Source of the DNA: Verrucomicrobiales bacterium
Lineage (GTDB): Bacteria; Verrucomicrobiota; Verrucomicrobiia; Verrucomicrobiales; V1-33
NCBI GenBank assembly: GCA_031411295.1
Contig: JANOAV010000060.1
Coordinates: 10,172-74,171 of the forward strand
Direction of reading: 5' to 3'
DNA: 64,000 nt
The translations under genes were made by a program, and so were the position numbers. Positions 54,292-63,853 of this stretch are shown here, one piece after another (the first letter of the stretch is position 1; every line of letters begins with the position of its first letter). The notes under the pieces are model-generated. The model ran no database searches, was not told where the DNA came from, and saw nothing but the letters and a program-made list of their open reading frames with translations.

Positions 54292-57200
54292 CTACAACTG
54301 GGTGATCTTGATCCGCATGGAACGCTTGGTCTTCGTTGGCGGAGCGGCGTTGTCCACCACCACGACAGTGGGCGTGGCTCCGCCGGGATCGGTCACTGAG
54401 TAGGCCCCACTGGAGGTCATGATATCGCCATTAATGGACGAGGCAATGGTGGTCCAACTCGTTAAGTTATCCGATACTTGCACCTCATACTTGAGGTCCT
54501 GATAAGCGGCCACCCGAGTGAAGGTGGCAGTTAATCTCTTGGTCGTAGGATTGACCGTAATGGGAACGAAATTAGTCTCAAAGACCGTGGGACTAAGGTT
54601 CAGCGCCATTTCCATGAGATTGTTCCTGCCGTCACGATCTGGGTCCGCCGAGAAAAGCGCATTACCGCCTGACAAGCCCAAGTTCGAGGCCCAGGTGGAA
54701 AGGGAACTCTGAATCGTGATGGTAACATTCACCGGGGAACTGGTGCCAGCGGCATTGGTGGCGGTCACTTGCAGCGGATAGACCCCAGGTCGGTTGGCCG
54801 CGCCTCCGAAACTTCCGGTGCTGGGGCTGAAGGTCAGACCGGGAAGCGCAGGGCCACTGGTGATGGCAAATGACGTGGGTCCATTGGTTGCAGTGACTTG
54901 AAAGTAGAAACTGGTCCCCACCCGGGCCGTCGCAGCGTTACCGGAAGTGATGACGGGGGCTTGCGGCGTGGGCGTCCACACGACTTGATCCACCCATCCC
55001 GCGTCCGCTCCAGACACCCCAGAGCCATCTTTTTGATACGTCCAGGAGAAGAAGTGGGTGCCGGCGGTGGCCACCGAAACGGATCGAAACGCCCATCCCG
55101 TATTCCCAGAGATCATCGATTGTGGCACTCCATCGATTTTAAAAATGAGAAAATCCGCATCAAATTCGGAGTCCACTCTCCACCAGAAGCCAATGTTCCC
55201 GGGGCCGTTGACCGCTGCCTGCAGATAGGAGTTCTGACTATTCCCCACCGCTCCAGATCGCAGCGCATCGATCCCATCCTGGCTCTCACTGGTCTGGCGG
55301 AACCAGACGTTGCCTCCGTTCCCTGAGGAAACCCAGTCCAAGGCGGAATCCGTGCCATTCCCTAACGTTCCCGGTGGCTGCACGGTTAAGCTCAACTGCT
55401 GGAACCCGATGCCTCCAGCATTGGTAGCGATCAGTTGGATCGCGTAGGTTCCATCCACCGTTGGCCGGCCTGTGATCAGCCCGGTGGTGCCATCGATGCT
55501 CAATCCGGCCGGTAAACTTTGTGCCCCCCAGGACGTCGGGGAATTGGTGGCCGTGATCTGATAGTTGAAATCTGCCCCCACCGCTACACTGGCAGTTAGG
55601 TTACTAGTAATGGTCGGCACCGTGCTGGTATAGGTGATCTGATCCACCCAGCCCGTATCCGCGCCTTCCACATCCGCATCCAATTTTTGGAAACTCCACC
55701 GCAGCGCCCATCCTCCGCTGGGAATGGAAATCGTTTCCTGCTTCCAATCCACATTGCCGTCGATGCGACGATATTCCGTGCCGCCGACCGTAAACACTAA
55801 CGGAGCCCAGCGAACGTCGGCATTGACCTTCCACCAATAAGTTAGGGTTCCCGGACCCGTCACGATCGTTTCCATGTAGGAACTCTCGAAATCGTCCGCA
55901 GGCCCAGCTTGGGCGGCATCCACGCCATCGTGGGTGGTGGCGGATTGAATGAACCAGCCGGAATTCGGACTCAGCGTCCAGGCGAGACTGGTGTCGGTTG
56001 CGGTAGCCAGTGCGGTCCCGGCCGCAATGGTGAAGACCATGGCCTTGGAGCCATTGCCGCCGGGGTTGGTGGCGGTTACGTTGGCATTGAACGTGCCCGC
56101 TGCGGTGGGAGCTCCGGACAATTGACCAGTGACGGAATTCAAGCGGATGCCGGGAGGCAAGCCAGTGGCGCTCCACGACGTGGGATTTCCGGTGGCTGCC
56201 AGCAATAACGAGAACGGGGTGCTCACGGTTCCGGAGGCACCCGTGCCAGTGGTTACGGTGGGCGCGACATAGATGCCGCCGTCGATGCTGTAGGCGCCCA
56301 GGCTTCCATAGTTGGAATAGCCGGTGCTGGCTGGAGTCCCGTAGCCCACGCCGGAAATTTTCATGTAATACGTGCCTGCTGTGACTGATTGCGTGATGCG
56401 CACGCGGAGCAATTCAGCAAGTTGCAGTTGCTCTTGCTGCGTCGGATTGGCCGGCAGGGAAATGATATTTACCCCGCTGGCGGATTGTAGCGTGGTCAGA
56501 TTTGAGCGATACAGATCCACTCTGGGATTCAAGTTGCCCACCCCCATATTTTGCAGCAGGACATTATAGGGCGTGCCGGAACTGAACGGCTCGGATGGCT
56601 TCACCACCAGGCTCAGAGTGCCTGGTGCAGTTACGGTAAATTGGAACCAGTCCTCATCGTCTTCGCCTGCGGGCCCACGACCGATGATGCCGTTGGAGAT
56701 AATACTATTTCCGCTAGTGGAAAGCGGAGAGGCCGTGGCGGATGTCGAACCATGGTCATCGGCGGCATAGCCAAATCCATTGCCATTCAGTCCCGTGTTG
56801 GCAATGATCGCCAAATCGTCTTTGGCATTGATGCTGGCTGGATTCGGGGAGACTTGGACACTGGCGTAGCCGTTGTATTCACCATTACACCACTGCGTCA
56901 GCAGTCCGAGATGCGTGCCCATGATCGGGCTCCATAGGCGTGGTAGCCCTGCCGTAGGTCCAGTGCCCTGCCCCACAAAGTAACCGCCGGGGTTGCCCAC
57001 AATGCCATCGTGGTCCAGTCCCAACGTATGGCCCAATTCATGAGAGACGGCCCCGGCAATGGAGCGCCCGTTTTCCACCGTATTCCCAGCGGCATCAAAT
57101 GAGGTGATAAACGCAAAGCAGGGCACGTCCGCCGCTTTGGCGACTCCGGCTAGTCGAAAACTGGACGTGTGAGACCGACCACCTTCCGGACTCATGTTCT

Positions 57201-57630
57201 CGGAGACCCAAAACCAAGCATCCGATGGAGTAATGATGCAGCGCATCCGCTTGCCTACGGCCGCACTCGTGTAGCGAGACTCGTCCGTCGTGACATTCAC
57301 ATTGAACGGAAGGAAATCTTCCTTCACATTTTCATAGATTTCGCGCATCTGCACCGCCGATAGCCCACAGTGAGCCACCGTAAAGGGATTGCCGCAGTTC
57401 CAATCGTGGGTGGCGCTGGCAGCGATGTTCGCTCCATCCATGTCCAGCAATAGCACATGAACGGCTGACGGGCGACTGTTCAGGAGGGGCACGATATCCA
57501 GGGTTCCCGCTGCGCTCTGCCGATGCCAGCCTGCGGGAACAGTCCCAGTGCCCACATTCGCTGGGGAAGGTGATGGAAAGAGCAGCGCGAGAGCAATTCC
57601 GAGGCAGTGGCGTTTTGATGATATTCTCAT
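54292..57630 (-). CDS. Secreted zinc metalloprotease (metzincin-like) with PPC-like, Ig-like repeats and C-terminal module
   Basis: Likely start MRISSK at 57630; HELGHTLGLDHD, Met-turn PIMG, D.DWFQF, repeated GLPPG..L...TG..SG.PT Ig-like units, two G.D.GWVD domains; ends YEVQVSDNLTSW...MRIKITQL. Confidence 0.85.
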   Translation of the reverse strand: MRISSKRHCLGIALALLFPSPSPANVGTGTVPAGWHRQSAAGTLDIVPLLNSRPSAVHVLLLDMDGANIAASATHDWNCGNPFTVAHCGLSAVQMREIYENVKEDFLPFNVNVTTDESRYTSAAVGKRMRCIITPSDAWFWVSENMSPEGGRSHTSSFRLAGVAKAADVPCFAFITSFDAAGNTVENGRSIAGAVSHELGHTLGLDHDGIVGNPGGYFVGQGTGPTAGLPRLWSPIMGTHLGLLTQWCNGEYNGYASVQVSPNPASINAKDDLAIIANTGLNGNGFGYAADDHGSTSATASPLSTSGNSIISNGIIGRGPAGEDDEDWFQFTVTAPGTLSLVVKPSEPFSSGTPYNVLLQNMGVGNLNPRVDLYRSNLTTLQSASGVNIISLPANPTQQEQLQLAELLRVRITQSVTAGTYYMKISGVGYGTPASTGYSNYGSLGAYSIDGGIYVAPTVTTGTGASGTVSTPFSLLLAATGNPTSWSATGLPPGIRLNSVTGQLSGAPTAAGTFNANVTATNPGGNGSKAMVFTIAAGTALATATDTSLAWTLSPNSGWFIQSATTHDGVDAAQAGPADDFESSYMETIVTGPGTLTYWWKVNADVRWAPLVFTVGGTEYRRIDGNVDWKQETISIPSGGWALRWSFQKLDADVEGADTGWVDQITYTSTVPTITSNLTASVAVGADFNYQITATNSPTSWGAQSLPAGLSIDGTTGLITGRPTVDGTYAIQLIATNAGGIGFQQLSLTVQPPGTLGNGTDSALDWVSSGNGGNVWFRQTSESQDGIDALRSGAVGNSQNSYLQAAVNGPGNIGFWWRVDSEFDADFLIFKIDGVPQSMISGNTGWAFRSVSVATAGTHFFSWTYQKDGSGVSGADAGWVDQVVWTPTPQAPVITSGNAATARVGTSFYFQVTATNGPTSFAITSGPALPGLTFSPSTGSFGGAANRPGVYPLQVTATNAAGTSSPVNVTITIQSSLSTWASNLGLSGGNALFSADPDRDGRNNLMEMALNLSPTVFETNFVPITVNPTTKRLTATFTRVAAYQDLKYEVQVSDNLTSWTTIASSINGDIMTSSGAYSVTDPGGATPTVVVVDNAAPPTKTKRSMRIKITQL

Positions 57631-57748
57631 GATACAGATAAATGGTGAATGGTTCATCCGTATCTGCGACATCTGTGTTCCCGCATGACGCTCAAATTGT
57701 AAAAAAGCCGGAAATTTCCTGAGCCAAGGGCCGCAACCCTGAAGTTGA

Positions 57749-60514
57749 TCACGGAACCAGCTTCTGCAACCGTTGCCAGGCCGCATGCTCGGCGGCCGTT
57801 AATTCACTTTCCGGACCCAGGGCCAGGAGAAATTCCTTCGCAGCAGCAATCAAGGGCGCGGCCGCGCTCGCCTCTAGTGCTTCGGCCGTTTCCGCCGCCG
57901 CATTGCCCATGACGCTGCGCCATTCCGTGCGCGCATCCCTGGCACAAAGTTTTACGGCCTGCAACAGTGGCAGGAGCTGGCTTGCCGCTTCTGGCGAGCG
58001 TTGCAGCGCCACCAAGGTGTGCGCCATATGTTTGGCATTGGAGGCCACATTGCGGGCGGCGGTGACATTGTCAGGATGCGCCAGAAATAGATTTTGTCGC
58101 AACTCCAACGCTCTAGTAAACACGGGTTCAGCCTTGGCGAAGTCGCTCTCCTGCGTGTGGATTTCTCCAATGCGATTCAAGGTCGCGCTGGCACTCACAT
58201 TCCACCACGTGCCCTTGGCAGCCGCCAGCAATGGCGGCATCATGCGGGCCAGTTGACGTTCGTAATGCTGCACCGCAGCCGCACCGCCTTCAATCCGTTC
58301 GATTTCCTTACCGGCCACTTCGGAGGCGCGGGTCAAGGCATATTGCGCAGACTCGGATTCCGGGTCCTTCAGCACTTCCTGAAACATTCGCTCCACTGCC
58401 GCCAAGCGGACCTCCACGGTGGAGGACAACGCGCGCATCGCCAGGCCACAGGCCGTTTCCAATGCTTCTGGAGTTGCGGTTAGGCTTTGCGCCTTGCGGG
58501 CTTCCGTCCATTTTGCAGCGGCCGTGTCCGCCTGTCCTTTGGCACTGGCACTCTCCGTCGTATCTCGGGCCATGCGACGGAAGATGGCGCACGCCGCCGC
58601 CAGTGGACGTTCGGCTTCAGCCGCATGTCCGGCCTGCAATAGACGTTGTCCTAGCCGCGTTGCTGCGCTGCCATACATCGTTTCGCGATATTGCTCACGA
58701 GCCTCTTGGGGGAGGAAGCGTCGGAAAATCGTCTCTTCCTCACGGACCGCTTTGACCGCACGCTCGAAGTCCTGTTGCTGCAATGCTTCCGTTTCCTCGG
58801 CCCGAAGGTAAACGCTTTTTACACCCCAGAGCGCAAAATCATCGTAGCTCTCAGGCCGTGCCAGCAGCGCTTCCAAGCGCTGAGTCCCTTGATTCGTCAA
58901 GGCTTGCGACTCTTCCAAGTGTCCGTGATCCCGCAGGAAACCGGCTTGATGGGATAACGACATCAGCACGAACTGAGATTCGCTTTGCTCCGGCGTCACG
59001 TCATCGTAGCCAGCCGCCACCGTCATCAGTTGCTGATGAGCCGCCAGGGCCCCTGGTAAATCTCCCTCCCCGTTCAGCGCATACCCCAGCTTGAACTGAC
59101 CAGTGCAAAAGGTGTTCACATACGGCCAATCCCTCGGATGCCTCTGCACTAATTCCAAGCGCACGCGTTGCGCTTCGGTGTAGTGTCCCAAAGCTGCCGC
59201 AAGCTGCTCCCGACGCGTCGCCAGATCGCCCTTCAGTTGGAGGAAATCGCCCTTCCGCCGCAGGAAATCATCATCCTGCGGGGCGTCTTTCGGCACCGTG
59301 GCATAATACTCCTCCACCTTCGCCACTGTTTGCTCCAAAGTATCCAGACGGTTAAATTCAAACAGCCGCCACTGTAATTCATCCAGCATGAAGCCCACCA
59401 GTTTCTCCGCCTCCGATCGCGTTAGCTCGGCTGACGCCTCACTCCGTTCCGCTCGCCTCGTTTGCAGACTCGCATATCCCGCCACTCCCGCCATCGCAGC
59501 GGCCAAGCCCACGGCCAGGAACGCCACCCGCGTGCGCCGACGCAGTTTTCCTCTGGCCTCCCGGGCCCGCCGCTCTTGTTGGGCACGTCGATCCGCTGCT
59601 TGCATCAGCGCCGCTTGGAATTCCCTAACGTTGGCAAATCTTCGACTCGGATCACTCTGCATGGCCCGCAACACCACCCCGTCAAAGCCCGGATCGACTT
59701 CTGGATTGCGGAATGACGGGGGATCAAACACGCCTCGTGGCAATTCACCGGTCAGTAACTCATAAGCTAGGACACCCAGGCTGTAGATGTCGCTGGCTGC
59801 CGTTACTGCATCGCCAGCCAACTGCTCGGGAGCGGCGTATTCCAACGTTCCCAGAGTGGTCCCGCCCATCGTTAATCGCGAGTGCTCCAAATTTTGTTCT
59901 GTCAGCAGAGCCAAACCGAAATCCGCCAAGCGAGGTCGCCCATCCTTGGTGAGTAGCACATTGGACGGCTTGATATCCCGATGCACGATCCCCCGATCAT
60001 GCGCCACGGCCACGGCCCCACAGATCGTTTCCAAGAGCGGAATGATCTCTTCCACCGACAACCGTCCCCGCGCCATGCGGACGGCCAGATCCTCTCCATC
60101 CACATATTCCATCACATAGAAAAGGTGCCCAGCCACGGTCTCTCCGGTGTCATAGACTGCCACGATGTCAGGATGTGAAAGTCCTGCGGTCGTCATCGCT
60201 TCCCGGCGGAAACGATCCGCAAACCCCGGGGTGTCTCCCAGCGCTACGGGTAGAATTTTTATGGCCACCTCTCGCTCCAGTTTCCGCTGCACCGCCCGGA
60301 AAACCACCCCCATTCCGCCCCGGCCGATCTTGCCCTTCAACTCAAAATCAGGCAACAACGGAGCCAGTTCGTCCAAGCTTGGCTCATAATCTGCGCCCTG
60401 AGCCGGAGTTTCCTTCATCACCAATCCCATCAGTCCGCTCAGGTTCAATCCTTGCAGAGGTTCGGTGATGGATGGAGGTGCATTGCTGATGGACATAAGC
60501 TCAAAGGGGCTCAA
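57749..60514 (-). CDS. Hanks-type Ser/Thr protein kinase with TM helix and TPR-like C-terminal region
   Basis: GRGGMG, VAIK, HRDIKPSN, DFGLA, GTLEYAAPEQ, DIYSLG; TM VAFLAVGLAAAMAGVAGY; start could be 60496. Confidence 0.93.
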   Translation of the reverse strand: MSPFELMSISNAPPSITEPLQGLNLSGLMGLVMKETPAQGADYEPSLDELAPLLPDFELKGKIGRGGMGVVFRAVQRKLEREVAIKILPVALGDTPGFADRFRREAMTTAGLSHPDIVAVYDTGETVAGHLFYVMEYVDGEDLAVRMARGRLSVEEIIPLLETICGAVAVAHDRGIVHRDIKPSNVLLTKDGRPRLADFGLALLTEQNLEHSRLTMGGTTLGTLEYAAPEQLAGDAVTAASDIYSLGVLAYELLTGELPRGVFDPPSFRNPEVDPGFDGVVLRAMQSDPSRRFANVREFQAALMQAADRRAQQERRAREARGKLRRRTRVAFLAVGLAAAMAGVAGYASLQTRRAERSEASAELTRSEAEKLVGFMLDELQWRLFEFNRLDTLEQTVAKVEEYYATVPKDAPQDDDFLRRKGDFLQLKGDLATRREQLAAALGHYTEAQRVRLELVQRHPRDWPYVNTFCTGQFKLGYALNGEGDLPGALAAHQQLMTVAAGYDDVTPEQSESQFVLMSLSHQAGFLRDHGHLEESQALTNQGTQRLEALLARPESYDDFALWGVKSVYLRAEETEALQQQDFERAVKAVREEETIFRRFLPQEAREQYRETMYGSAATRLGQRLLQAGHAAEAERPLAAACAIFRRMARDTTESASAKGQADTAAAKWTEARKAQSLTATPEALETACGLAMRALSSTVEVRLAAVERMFQEVLKDPESESAQYALTRASEVAGKEIERIEGGAAAVQHYERQLARMMPPLLAAAKGTWWNVSASATLNRIGEIHTQESDFAKAEPVFTRALELRQNLFLAHPDNVTAARNVASNAKHMAHTLVALQRSPEAASQLLPLLQAVKLCARDARTEWRSVMGNAAAETAEALEASAAAPLIAAAKEFLLALGPESELTAAEHAAWQRLQKLVP

Positions 60515-60633
60515 TTTATATGCGTCAATCTAAGGCACTCATGATATCAGATTATGTCTAATTGATGTATCGGGAAATCCCCGATGGAGGAATAGTTGTC
60601 CGCTTACCGGTTTGTGCTCTATTTTGCGATAAG

Positions 60634-61362
60634 ATGCTAAATGAACCCTTGAATCCGCCAGAATTTCCACCCACCCGCTGGAGCATGGTTTTTTCCGCTG
60701 CGGCCGGTGGATCGGCCGCGCGGGCTGCGCTGGAGGATCTTTGCCGCCTCTACTGGTTCCCTCTCTATGCCTTCGCCCGGCAGCAGGGTTGTGGCGCAGA
60801 AGACGCGGAGGATGCCACCCAGGAGTTCTTAGCTCAAATTACCAGTAGCGACTTACTCTCCACCGCCGCGCCCAACCGCGGTCGCTTGCGCACCTACCTG
60901 CTCTCAGCCTTCCAACGTGATCTCATCGATGCCCACCGTCGGGCCACGCGGCAAAAGCGGGGGGGCGGAATCCAGTTCATCTCCATCGATGCGATGGAGG
61001 CAGATACGCGTTATCGCCATGCCGCCGTCGTGGATGCTGCCGTCAGCACCTTTGACCGTGCGTGGGCGATCACCTGCCTGGAAACCGCCGCGTTGCAACT
61101 GCAAGCTGAATATGTCGCCCGCGGCCAAGGCGCGATTTTTCAAGCCTACCGCCCCTTCTTGGATCCGACCGGAAATAGCGATTACGCCGCCGCTGCCCAG
61201 ATCAGTGGACTAGTCATCGAGGCCGCCCGTCAAGCCGTGGCCCGCTTGCGCAAACGCTACCGCAACCACGTCCGCCAAACCATTGCCGACACCTTGGAGA
61301 CGCCAACGGAGAGCCTGATTGATGAGGAATTGGGCGCCTTGCAGGCTGCTTTGGTAAGTTGA
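60634..61362 (+). CDS. ECF sigma factor of the kinase-associated PVC type
   Basis: FPPTRWSMV, LCRLYWFPLYAF, DAEDATQEF, RGRLRTYL, KRGGG, FDRAWA, V.RLRKRY; ATG at 60634. Confidence 0.88.
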   Translation: MLNEPLNPPEFPPTRWSMVFSAAAGGSAARAALEDLCRLYWFPLYAFARQQGCGAEDAEDATQEFLAQITSSDLLSTAAPNRGRLRTYLLSAFQRDLIDAHRRATRQKRGGGIQFISIDAMEADTRYRHAAVVDAAVSTFDRAWAITCLETAALQLQAEYVARGQGAIFQAYRPFLDPTGNSDYAAAAQISGLVIEAARQAVARLRKRYRNHVRQTIADTLETPTESLIDEELGALQAALVS

Positions 61363-61367
61363 GGGAA

Positions 61368-61549
61368 CTGCCCCCGAGGGAAAGAGAGATGCACTTTGGG
61401 GTAACTCAAGGTAACAGGATGTTTAAAATGCCTTTACTCTGGGTTCTTCACCCAGGACCGTGAGTAAACAAGTGCAGGTGATGATGACCAAGCTCGGAGT
61501 CGAGAATCGCGCATCAGCCGTGGCGGCGGGGTTAGCTGGGGAGGACTAG
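61368..61549 (+). pseudogene. Frameshifted LuxR-type HTH remnant
   Basis: From 61368 LPPREREMHFGVTQGN; after a 1-nt shift and an in-frame TAA (61424-61426), AFTLGSSPRTVSKQVQVMMTKLGVENRASAVAA to TAG at 61549. Confidence 0.8.
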
Positions 61550-61583
61550 GTTCGGTTGGTATGGACTGACCGCTGGATACGTG

Positions 61584-63716
61584 TCATTTCACACCACGCT
61601 TCTCCGCTTCGTTCCATGCGAATGGCAGGCGCTTTCCCAGCAGGACGTCGTAGATGCCGTGGTTGGTTTTGGTCATTTCTTCTAACATGGGTTTCCAGGG
61701 GCGGTCGGTCACGCTGAAGAGGCCGGTGTTGGCGCTTTCTCCGTTGTATTTGCTGAACCAGCGGCCCGTGGTGGCTTGATCAATGAGGGTGAACCACTCG
61801 ATGCCTACGACGAATCCTAACGCAGCAGCTTGTTCGACGTAGTTGCGATACATCAGGCCACGTTCCTGTTGGGTAAGGACCTCGCGACCGCCCGTTAGGC
61901 CGGAATCGCGTGGTGAGGACCAAAAGAATTCGCTGAGCATCATGGGCTTGCCTGTCCAATCGTGGATGCGTTGCAACAGGGCCTTGTCCAGCGCGTAGGT
62001 GTAGTAGTTGAAGGACATGACATCGAAATATTTTCCTGAAATGCGGCAGAGTTGCTCGTCGTTGATCGTGATTGGCTGGAGGCGTGTTCCCAGCAGCAAA
62101 TGATGCTGATCATGCTTGCGGTAGTTCGTGCTCACGAGTTCGAATGATGTTTCCAGGAAGATACCTGTGAACGCTTTCACGTCCGCCTTGGCAATGTCCG
62201 TGGTCACGGCCATGCCCTGATGGAGGAGTTCGTCGAAGCTCGCTGCGTGGCTGTTCCAAGCGGTGTTGAATGCGGCAACGGTCGGATGGCGCTCGCGCAG
62301 AAATTCCACGAAGCGTTTCTTGCACGCCTGGCCGCCAGTGAGTGATGGGATCACTTTTGGCAGCTCATCATATCGGGGTTCGTTGATCATGAAATAACCA
62401 ATCAGCAAAGGATCATTGGCACGAGCGGGCAATGTTTTAGCCAGTTGGTCCGCCACAAGCTTACGCACCTTCTCATCGAATGGATCGAATACTTCCCATG
62501 CTCCAGGAATGCGTGGGATGCCTTGCCATTCGCTGATTTCCAGTGACAACACGTAAGGAAAACTGGCGTCTGTGGCGGCCTTGGGCGGCACGGCGGAGAA
62601 CGCGCCCATGGAGTTGAAACCAAATTTCCTGACACGATCAATCATCCGTTTCGCGAAGACATCGTGCTCATAGGCGCGACCAAATTTCCGAATGGTGTTG
62701 GCGACGTAGAACGAGAACGCGCTGGGATCTTTGTCCCGGAAGGCGCTGGCGAATTCGCCTTCGGCCTTGGGTAGCCACTCGTAAATTCCCTCACGCCCCG
62801 CGATGTAGGTGTAGTCATCGCTGGGTTGGAAACCACAGACTCCGGTGTGGAAAAAGGCGTTGCCGGCGGGATCCACCAGCCAGCTTTTGCCGTCTGATTG
62901 CTCAATGTGAAAGAATCCAGTTTTCTTCAATTTCAACGCTGCGCCACTGTCTGGCAATCCGCCGAAGGCATCACGCGCAGGAGTTTGAAGACTGGCGTAA
63001 TATTTCTCATCACTTGATTTATCAGCGTTTAAGGCATCAGCGCTCGCGACCTTCTCGGGCCATGTTTCCAGAGTTGATTGGCCCAGAGAATCGACCAATT
63101 TCTTTCCCACGGTGGCGGCATCGGAGGTGATGGTAAATGTCAGTTTTGGCTGATCTCGATTAAATGGCACGAAGCATTTCCAAGCATAGATGGGCCAGTT
63201 CCACTCGCGGTTATCCGTGAGTTGAATGAAGGAATACGGGGGCGAAGTCAGTTGCAGACTGAGCCCCTGCGCGCCCGTGATGGTGGTGCGAGTGGCGTTG
63301 CCGCTATAGAACTGTGGCGGGTTGGATTTCTCGCGCGGGAACGAGCCGGTTTGGTCGCCCATTTTCCAAGTGCCACCTTTGTTGAAAGCGATGTCCACCA
63401 TGAGATCAACGCTCACCGTCCTCACATCTGACGGCGTATCCGCAAAGGCAAAAGTCACCTCTCCCGATTTACTAACGGATACACCCACACTCCCACCGCC
63501 TTCGTATTTCAGCGTGGCGGCGACTCCTGCCGCGCGAGCCTCGACGAGTTTATGCACGGCCTGGTGCTTCTCATTGGTAAATGCAGGATAGGCTAGTTCA
63601 AACTCTCCCAAGCTCCCGGCACTGATGACGATGCCTTTCTCCGTGGTTTTTAGTTCGGCGGTCTGGCCGTGTTGCACGGAGAGCAGGAGGATGAGGGAAA
63701 GGAAGCTGGGTCGCAT
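61584..63716 (-). CDS. Secreted glycoside hydrolase, GH50 (beta-agarase-like) family
   Basis: Signal peptide from 63716; TGFF....WLVDP.G..FF..GV, GFNSMGAFS, GYF..NEP, SFNYY, PMMLSEF, G.EWF...DQ..GR...GE.AN.G. Confidence 0.78.
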   Translation of the reverse strand: MRPSFLSLILLLSVQHGQTAELKTTEKGIVISAGSLGEFELAYPAFTNEKHQAVHKLVEARAAGVAATLKYEGGGSVGVSVSKSGEVTFAFADTPSDVRTVSVDLMVDIAFNKGGTWKMGDQTGSFPREKSNPPQFYSGNATRTTITGAQGLSLQLTSPPYSFIQLTDNREWNWPIYAWKCFVPFNRDQPKLTFTITSDAATVGKKLVDSLGQSTLETWPEKVASADALNADKSSDEKYYASLQTPARDAFGGLPDSGAALKLKKTGFFHIEQSDGKSWLVDPAGNAFFHTGVCGFQPSDDYTYIAGREGIYEWLPKAEGEFASAFRDKDPSAFSFYVANTIRKFGRAYEHDVFAKRMIDRVRKFGFNSMGAFSAVPPKAATDASFPYVLSLEISEWQGIPRIPGAWEVFDPFDEKVRKLVADQLAKTLPARANDPLLIGYFMINEPRYDELPKVIPSLTGGQACKKRFVEFLRERHPTVAAFNTAWNSHAASFDELLHQGMAVTTDIAKADVKAFTGIFLETSFELVSTNYRKHDQHHLLLGTRLQPITINDEQLCRISGKYFDVMSFNYYTYALDKALLQRIHDWTGKPMMLSEFFWSSPRDSGLTGGREVLTQQERGLMYRNYVEQAAALGFVVGIEWFTLIDQATTGRWFSKYNGESANTGLFSVTDRPWKPMLEEMTKTNHGIYDVLLGKRLPFAWNEAEKRGVK

Positions 63717-63793
63717 AGTGGGACGGACGATGACACGGACTGATGAAGGCGATATTGCTTTTTGGCGTAGGGTGCGGATGTCATGCACCAGAA

Positions 63794-63853
63794 AGGAGTC
63801 GGGGCGGCTCGCCCCGACTCTATTGCTAGCAGGGGCGGGCCGCCCCTGCTCCC
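63794..63853. repeat. Inverted doublet of GGAG-type REP-like hairpins
   Basis: GAGTCGGGGCG-gct-CGCCCCGACTC (63796-63820) and AGCAGGGGCG-ggc-CGCCCCTGCT (63828-63850); each begins GGAG when read inward from its outer end. Confidence 0.6.

Noticed and set aside
57631..57786. N-terminal extension of the metalloprotease ORF
   Set aside because: Overlaps the kinase 3' end; the signal peptide starts at 57630.
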